NCBI GenBank assembly: GCA_000934665.2
Contig: KZ538947.1
Location: 1-39,158, forward strand
Source: Catajapyx aquilonaris
Taxonomy: Eukaryota
Reading direction: 5' to 3'
DNA length: 39,158 nt
Shown: piece after piece, positions 32,005 to 39,158 of the stretch
Numbering within the stretch: the first letter of the stretch is position 1
How the letters are laid out: the number at the start of each line of letters is the position of its first letter
Position numbers and translations under genes: made by a program
Notes under the pieces: model-generated
Told to the model about the DNA's origin: nothing
The model's database searches: none
Seen by the model: the letters and a program-made list of their open reading frames with translations, nothing else

Positions 32005-33355
32005 ACTTCGTAGGAGTTATTGCTTCATTACATTATAGAGGAGACCTATGAACATGTTCATAACACATAATATTGAACATAATTTCATGTATGGTGACAC
32101 CATGTCCAAATCTCCAAAAGAAGGGCGTAGATGCTCTGTATAGGCTGTGTACAATATACACTATTATACTAATAAATACGCCTTTTTTACTTCAGCATAA
32201 CCGAATCTACGATTTCAAACGTCCTATTTAATGTCTCTGTCTCTATAAAGTGAGTGATGACCAATAGTTTCACAACTATCTGTTCTCTTCCTCAGATGCA
32301 GGACAGAGCTCCTGTTCACATAAACCCCCTGGAGGAGGAGGAGCAAGAAATGCAGAGAGGAACGCTCGAAGGAATATTGAAGCACCGTCATCACCGTCAT
32401 ACCTAGCAGAATCTACATCGATACGTATGTGCGATTAAACAGATTCACTTTTTTCATATAATGCGTGTTGTGCCCATATCTGTGGATCGGAAAAAACAAA
32501 AACAAGCTTGCTAATAAAGAACCTTAATTATCCCTCAATAAATTCTTCCTCGTTGAGATTCCAGGTTAATTACGAGTAATTTCGGTGTGCCATGTCTTCG
32601 GGTGCCAGGTCCTCAGGGAGGCAAGTACAGTATATTACTAAGGAAATTTAGAATCAAAAAGCCTTCAATGTTATAGCATGTCATTGCATCTAAACATTAC
32701 AATCCGTTACTCAAGTATTCGTTCGAGTTAAACATTGGCCTGTATTACAGTACTAGCTAATTACCCGCATATGCAGTAGATATTTGTCATGTGTTGCACT
32801 GGTCTAGTGGCTAATATGGAGCTAATAATGGCAAAAAAATTGAATCTAGATAATGTGCGTCATACCTGATTTTCAGACAACCCAGTTCACAACTGCATCA
32901 GGTACTATCAATCTCGTTGAACCATTCCCAATGCTTAAAGGGACACTCCACTCAAAATACAAGTTTGCCTCTAAAAATCAGGCAAATAATCCTGATTCCG
33001 AGAATGCGATCCGTTTATCTCTGAGGCGAATGGTAATGACAGGGGAAGAGACGAAAGTCGGAATAAATTCGACTTCTGATCGAGCGTGGAGCCGCCCTCC
33101 TCACCCGCGGCCACGGGAGGAAGTTGGATACTCGCCACCTGGCGGCTGCCTGAGGAAGTTGCATAACCGAAACCAGCAGCGCGAGTTTGGAATGCAGTTC
33201 GGGGTCGGATATTTCTGGCTGCTGCCAATGCATATATGTTGTCACCGAGGTGTTACTTTCCGGACCTCGCCTTTGCTTGGTCCCTAATTGTTTACGGGTG
33301 GACTACATCTGTTGCTCCCGCATCAGATCCCCATGACTAAACGCCCGGAGGGAAC

Positions 33356-33408
33356 CACGGAGCCTTGAGTCATCCAAGTACTGTGCTTGGATGACTCAAG
33401 GCTCCGTG
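33356..33408. mobile_element. 53-bp P-like mini-element
   Basis: Perfect 23-bp TIR CACGGAGCCTTGAGTCATCCAAG, a 7-nt spacer, and an exact 8-bp TSD GAGGGAAC (33348-33355, 33409-33416). Confidence 0.8.
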
Positions 33409-33522
33409 GAGGGAACGACTGGAAGGTGACACATGTTTATGTTTAGCACTTCGGCAGGGGGGTTTATCATTTCTGGCCTTCCAGTCCGGCATATCGAGGC
33501 CGGCTTGGAAGCAAGTAGCATC

Positions 33523-33792
33523 ATGGGCAAGAAAGGCAAGGGTGGTGGCCCGTTCTGTGTAATTTGTAAGCGCCATAAGAAACTATTCGAGCGAGTGACG
33601 TATTTCGCATTTCCTTGCAAACATCCGGATTTGATGCGGCAATGGCGAGAAGCCTTGAATTTGCCACCAACGTATACACCCAAGTCACATCATCAGGTTT
33701 GCATGGGTCACTTTCACAGGCAGTCGCTATTTCCCTTCAGACCGGAACAGAAGAGACGGAAACTAAAGCCTAATGCTGCACCAACACTGGAG
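33523..33792 (+). CDS. THAP zinc-finger domain exon (probable first exon of a Kolobok-associated protein)
   Basis: MGKKGKGGGPFCVIC..YFAFP..W..VCMGHF..LKPNAAPTLE gives the C2CH THAP signature with an AVPT-like box. Candidate donor GAG|GTAGGA at 33793. No downstream exons were recognised. Confidence 0.75.
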
Positions 33793-33815
33793 GTAGGAAT
33801 AATTTGGCACAGCGT

Positions 33816-33816
33816 C

Positions 33817-33850
<34 letters not shown>

Positions 33851-34655
33851 TCACGACATTTCCCTATGAGGGGTAGTCAGCGATGAAGGGAGACGCAAGC
33901 TAACCCTACATATGAACTAATAAAACTCATGAGAATAAACCTAAAAACAACCTGTCCCACCCCCCACCCCTGCCCACCTCAGACATCACCTTATCCTCAG
34001 ACATATTTACCTATTTACCCATTAATTAACCTACGCCATTTACACCTATCCAAACAAACAACCCTAGCCTCAGCCACGTCCATGGTCCTATTGACACAAG
34101 AACGTCTCGGCTTAACACTAGCAACACCCTTAAGACACTGGCCCACCTGGTCCAACCATGTCTTCCTAGGCCTACCCTTGCCCCTCTTACCAACTACTCC
34201 ACCCAAATAAACCTTCTTCACAATCTCCTCCTCCTTCATCCTCTCCACATGGCCAAACCACCTTAGAGTAGACCGACACACCTTATCTTTAACAGTCTCC
34301 TTAACATTACACCTCTCCAAAATCTCCTCATTCCTAATCCTATCGAACTTGGTAACCGCACAAACAGCCCGAAGATAACGCATCTCTGTAGCCAACACCC
34401 TACTCTTATGCCTATCTGACCAAACCCACGCTTCACTACCATACATAAGTGAAGGAACAATAACGTGAGAATAGACAGACAACCTACATGCAGAAGATAA
34501 GTCCTTATTTCTAGAAAACTTACTTGTGGCACCTATTACTTTCAACCCAGATCTAACTCTCCTGTCTATTTCCCCATCAATTCTACCATTACTCTCAAGG
34601 ACACTACCCAGGTATACAAACTGGCTGACCTGCTCAACCAGTTTTCCATCGATGC
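33816..34655 (-). mobile_element. 5'-truncated RTE-clade LINE
   Basis: An open frame to 34015 contains FVYLGS, LMYGSEAW, LRWFGHVERM and GKRGKGRPRKTW (RT thumb and C-terminal region). Short 3' UTR and a (GTT)n tail at 33816-33850. No TSD was seen. Confidence 0.92.
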
Positions 34656-35264
34656 AAAAAAAAGTCAAAATGGCGCTATTGCTTTTTGATGTTAACCTAA
34701 ACCATGACCGAAACCGTGGTGTCATATGAGGAGATAGAAATTGATAGAAAAATCATAATATATTTCTCGTAAAATGTGCAATAATGATTAAACATGTCAG
34801 GGCTATTATAAATGTGGAGAGCCATTCATCTGAACATCAGCAGCTTATCTATGGTTGTAAGTGAAATTCGAATGACAAGTCTTGACCTTGTGATGACGTT
34901 TTTAGGACGCCACTTATACTCGTACCTTGAGTATTATAAGGCTCCGGACACATTGGACCGAATCTTCTCACCGAAATTGAGGCCGTAATGGTTACGGTCT
35001 GTTTTTTTCCTCCCGGAAAATTGAACCAATAGCACAGAATGCAGCCTTGAGGAATTTGCGGAGTGCTAAAAATTGTAATGGAAAATAATGGAAATGATGC
35101 AAAACAGGCAATAAGTAGTACAAGTGTGGATATTTTCGGTAGCCAAATTCTGTCGATGTGGCAGGGACACAACACACTCTGAATAGTAATCTTATTTAAC
35201 AACTTGAATGAGGGTTTGTGAGGACGAGTGGAGGCCCAATCGGTTATCGGTCTATTTATCCAAT

Positions 35265-35337
35265 CGAAGATCGAACTCGGAACCTCCGAGGATGAAAGCT
35301 GTGACGTTATGGCCAAAACACCACTGTGCTACCTCCT
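35265..35337 (-). mobile_element. Degenerate tRNA-derived SINE head
   Basis: A box TAGCACAGTGG (35331-35321) and B-box-like GAGTTCGATC (35278-35269). Confidence 0.4.
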
Positions 35338-35882
35338 TTTCCTGAGGGTACTCACCACCTTGTTTTAATAATTGCACATTAAGCTAATAATCTAAATATT
35401 ATCGAAATTTCCTGGACAGTATTCCGAATTGGCCATTGCTGGCATGGGCTCAGTGTCAGGACAGCGTGTCCCGTTCGGGCTCCTTTGGTCAAAATACGTG
35501 AATAGTTTAAATACGTAGAAATTATATGGGAAAACTGGGAATCTTTGGACTCCTATATTTTGGACAGTAAGAGTTTTGGTAATGTACACAGGATGCATTT
35601 GTCATGCATGCTATTATGACACGACATAAATAGTCTGCTTACGATTATTATTATTAATGCTGGATTTATGCAGAGGTTATTAATGATACGCAAAAGAAAG
35701 TATGAGTCATATGATGGACCACATTTATTAATCCAACAAATGACAGAATAGAATTCACGCGATAGAACACATTAGCTGTCCTTTTTTTATTACCTCGAGG
35801 AGACGGGAAACGTAAATATGCCAGAGCCCACTGAGGGAGGCATTGCGAGCATGTTGGATTACCATGGAATACGGGTGGAAAG

Positions 35883-35969
35883 TATAAAAACCCTAGGGGA
35901 TAACGAGAATCAGAAGCAGTACGTAGTGAACCTCTGTTGAATCATCTTGATACCAGCAACCAGGTAAGC
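35883..35969 (+). promoter_or_regulatory. Candidate Pol II core promoter and short first exon
   Basis: TATAAAA at 35883, an Inr-like TCAGA with its A 29 nt downstream (35912), and a strong donor CAG|GTAAGC at 35963/35964. Confidence 0.3.
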
Positions 35970-36845
35970 CATGTATCTCAATTCAAATTTCCATCTGCAA
36001 AGATTTTTCTTTATGCCGCAGTAGGAGTAAGCATGTACTAATAACAGAGGAGATAATGTGAGCTTTAAGATGTGAACTATTATTGTTTGTAGTATGTTAC
36101 ATGTAATAGACGTAACGATGACAGTGTGACGCCTAACATTATTGTATGTCTTTGAATCTATATATTATCCCGTTGTTGGGGACAGAGATGCCAATGAAAG
36201 GTGGGAATAAAATAGTATAAACATGAATTTAGTCAGATATTACGGAGTACCAAATAAAGAAGTAAATGAAATCTTTCCCCGACTGATATTATTTCCAACC
36301 TCTACATAATCTCATTTAACTTTAGTTCAGCCACTACCTGCGGTGGTATGACACATTATACAGTATTATGGAAGAAAAAAAAAATCTCAAAATAGCGATA
36401 AATATTGGAGAACTAGTGATCGACATTTTACAAATGTGAATTTTTTACGGGATTGTCTATTAATCTGGGGGCCACGGAAAGGTATAGGAACATTCATCCT
36501 AATTCTTATTTATAAAGTGGTGGGTGTCACCCAATTTATTTAGCCACATATTACTCGTACTATTAATTTGGGGATTTGTTTGCATTGAGCTCCTTATTTT
36601 GTGGCAGTTACTTTTGCGTAGTGACTTGTAATGGTTATAAAAAATATTCCCTGCTAATATTAAGTTAACTTGTTCCTATCATTTTTCAAGCCTGAAAGGG
36701 GGTCTGGCATGCACAAAGTAGGTTCTGTCATTTACATGACATGCCAATTGTTCCCATGGACCATTCCTAATTGGAAATACTTGCAGCACAGAGACTGAAT
36801 GGATGATTCAGTATATGGTGTAATATTATTAGTGCCTACTATTTT

Positions 36846-37287
36846 TTTTATAGTTTTACCCCATTAGAGGGAACAGAGCCCTTTTAGGGGGGTGGATGAC
36901 CACCATTTTTCTTACGAAATTTTCAACTCATTTTCTCTCCGGTGTAGGGGTCAGGATAGGGATTTGTGAGGGGGGGGGGGTACGGGTGCAAGTGCGATGT
37001 CCGAAATTTGAGGGTCGCGTGCAGTCCCCCAGGGGGCCAAGCTTCAAGACATCCCCTAGGTGCGGGTCAGAAATCCCCCACCGCACCTCCTCAAGGACAG
37101 GACAAGGATAGGAAAGGAAGGAAGCGGCTGTGGCCTATTTTACGGTACGATCCCGGAAATTTTTCCTGGGCCGACCTGGGAAAACCACAGAAAACCAAGG
37201 TCAGGACCGCCGGCCTCCGGGACTCGAACCCAGGACCTCCCGATTAGCAGCCGGTTACCATATACACTCCACCACTACTGCTTCGGT
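36846..37287 (-). mobile_element. tRNA-derived SINE
   Basis: Head ACCGAAGCAG...GGGTTCGAGTCCC and the core are shared with the 22605 SINE. TSD GTG(C/T)CTACTATTTT at 36832-36845 and 37288-37301. Confidence 0.85.
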
Positions 37288-38247
37288 GTGTCTACTATTT
37301 TATAGTGATTAAAAGTGACCGCAAAAGTAATTATTTAAAAACAGCTTAGTTAGATATTGGTTTGTCAGTTGTTATCTTTATAAAACACTGAATTTTATGC
37401 AATTTCAATTTGGCAATAATATTGTATTTCCTATTTTACAGTATTATTGTATTAAGAATAAGAAGGTAACAGTACGTTTAAAATGCGAATATCTTGTAGG
37501 TCGTGAAGTCTACTATAATACTGTAATTTTGCTACCTCTTAGACTTAGAGAGTGGAGTTATGTTGGTTGCACCAATAGCAAATCTTCACACCTATATTGA
37601 ACTGTGAAACAACAGTATGTCGTTGTATGCTGTTCCAGTACAATACAACATAACTTAAATGCTTTTGGAATGGTATTTCTAGTCCCGCGTTAATAGGGCA
37701 CGGTTATTCTGGATGATGATTGCAAGCAAGGGTTTTAAAGGGCAGCACAGTGGGAACTAAAACCAGATGCAGCACTGGTACTGCCCATGTGTTCAGCCAC
37801 TTCAGTGTGGCAGATCCCATTCCTGTTTGTGGTATTTTTTTAAAATCATGGTAAAAAAAACATTTCCGAAGATCCAGCATGACAATGTGTTTAGTCTCTG
37901 TAGTGGCTATCAGTTGAATAATTAAGGTACAGTGTCCAAATAAGGTCACCATAAGAAGAAACCATTTTCATGTAAGTTACTTACTTCTTATTACTCGTTT
38001 ACCATAGACAGCCCAAGAAAAGACGGCACACTGTAATGTGAGTTTTTCCTAATTTTCTGCTTCCCCCCCCCCCCCACCTCGTCCTCTTGTTTACCCAGAC
38101 TGTGGTTTACCCTGAAGAAATGTTCAGATGCCAGGTGGGATTTTTTTTCAACGTGGGTATGCCGTATGCCGGGTTCCAGTTGCATCTGGCAACTCTACTC
38201 AAAACCCCACCAGAAATCCCATGCAGTCTTTCCTAGGCAGACTATAC

Positions 38248-38253
<6 letters not shown>

Positions 38254-38326
<73 letters not shown>

Positions 38327-38671
38327 CCGGTAGTAGGTTTTTTTACCCCATTAGAGGGAACAAAGCCCTTCTAGGGGTGTGGATTACCACCATCAGGATT
38401 GATTTTCTGTTTTTCTTCAGTCACCGTGCAAGGACATTTAGGATGTAGGGTAAGGATGGGGGTAGTTGGGAGGGGACACAGGTGCAAGTGAAATGTCTGA
38501 AAATGGTTATGCGCAGTCCCCCAGGACGCCGGTTGCCAAGACGCCTCCTTAAGGCGCGGGCCAGAGACCCACTGACGCAGGCGAAAGGTAACTACCGGGC
38601 GGGGATTAGAACCAGGGACCTTTCACACAGCAAGCCGAGACGTTACCATCTCGGCCACCACACCTTCCCCT
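38254..38671 (-). mobile_element. tRNA-derived SINE with a (CTA)n tail
   Basis: TSD GACTATACAGTAGT at 38240-38253 and 38672-38685. A box TGGCCGAGATGG and B-box-like GGTTCTAATCC. The 3' half is shared with the 36846 SINE. Confidence 0.85.
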
Positions 38672-39064
38672 GACTATACAGTAGTTTACTTCATGGTTTG
38701 CAATTTCGAACCTTTCCCTTAAGGTAGGCATACTAGGGAAGCAATGTTATTACTGTATTCACGTAGGCCTATATGTATTTTGAAATTGGCATCATTAGGA
38801 ATCTGGTGTCTATAATAATAATGCCCTTAAATTTGGATGTGTCATAAATGAATTTTGTGTGTTCTGATTGTTGGCAAGATTGATCATTTTTTAAATCTTC
38901 AAACACTGACGAACTTTATTTACTCACCTGATGAGGCTACTGTAATACAGTACACAATCTCTTATCGAAAGCTGTTCGGACCAGGAATTTTTCAGATTGC
39001 AGAATAATAGTACCGGCAGCTCTTGGTACCAGTATATAGCTACATACCATCATATATTATCTAA

Positions 39065-39158
39065 TCTAATATATATAAAGCCCCACGCCGAGGAGGAGGA
39101 TATAGGATGAAAAAGATTTCGCACTTCCCGGGGTCGGAGAGACGTCGGACTTACGCCG
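39065..39158 (+). mobile_element. Helitron-like 5' end (runs off the window)
   Basis: A|TCTAATATATATAAAGCCCC, a typical Helitron 5' start. Confidence 0.35.

Larger units (their letters stand above)
32939..33792 (+). mobile_element. Left end of a Kolobok-type element leading into a THAP exon; right end not found in the window
   Basis: TTAA|AGGGACACTCCACTCAAAATACAAGTT. The first ~130 bp are similar to 30378-30510, after which the sequence diverges. Confidence 0.7.

Noticed and set aside
33433..33876. The 147-aa ORF with a poly-Asn tail as a full protein
   Set aside because: The poly-N is the antisense (GTT)n tail of the RTE LINE. The THAP exon probably starts at 33523 and ends at the 33793 donor.
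34849..35316. 155-aa minus-strand ORF
   Set aside because: Non-ATG start inside a SINE-like head, with no recognisable domain.

Overview
Repeat-dense eukaryotic genomic DNA, probably arthropod (inferred from the transposon and SINE types), with a 262-nt assembly gap at 19901-20162. Main contents: (1) One clearly intact non-transposon ORF, a single-exon 491-aa protein (16820-18295, +) with a signal-peptide-like segment, about 4 ankyrin repeats and a collagen/PGRS-like Gly-rich region. This is an unusual, possibly secreted and possibly horizontally acquired architecture. (2) A 5.68-kb P-superfamily (THAP9-like) DNA transposon (24331-30010) with an exact 8-bp TSD and a 6-exon, 857-aa transposase that appears to lack the C/DxxH segment. 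It is nested inside a TTAA-flanked Kolobok-type MITE, and the uninterrupted target site is visible in the sister MITE next door. (3) Two further miniature CA...TG elements with 8-bp TSDs, also inside Kolobok-ended elements. A third Kolobok-type end precedes a THAP exon followed by an RTE LINE. (4) Degenerate exons resembling the PEX1 N-terminal domain in the first 8 kb. (5) Many palindromic MITEs (Tc1/mariner, PIF/Harbinger-like, hAT, Sola2), a foldback element with ~180-bp subrepeats, four tRNA-derived SINEs (three of them with shuffled modules), mariner and Tc1-like transposase relics, Helitron-like 5' ends and a tRNA-Ala(TGC) pseudogene. All family assignments come from reading motifs by eye; no database searches were run.
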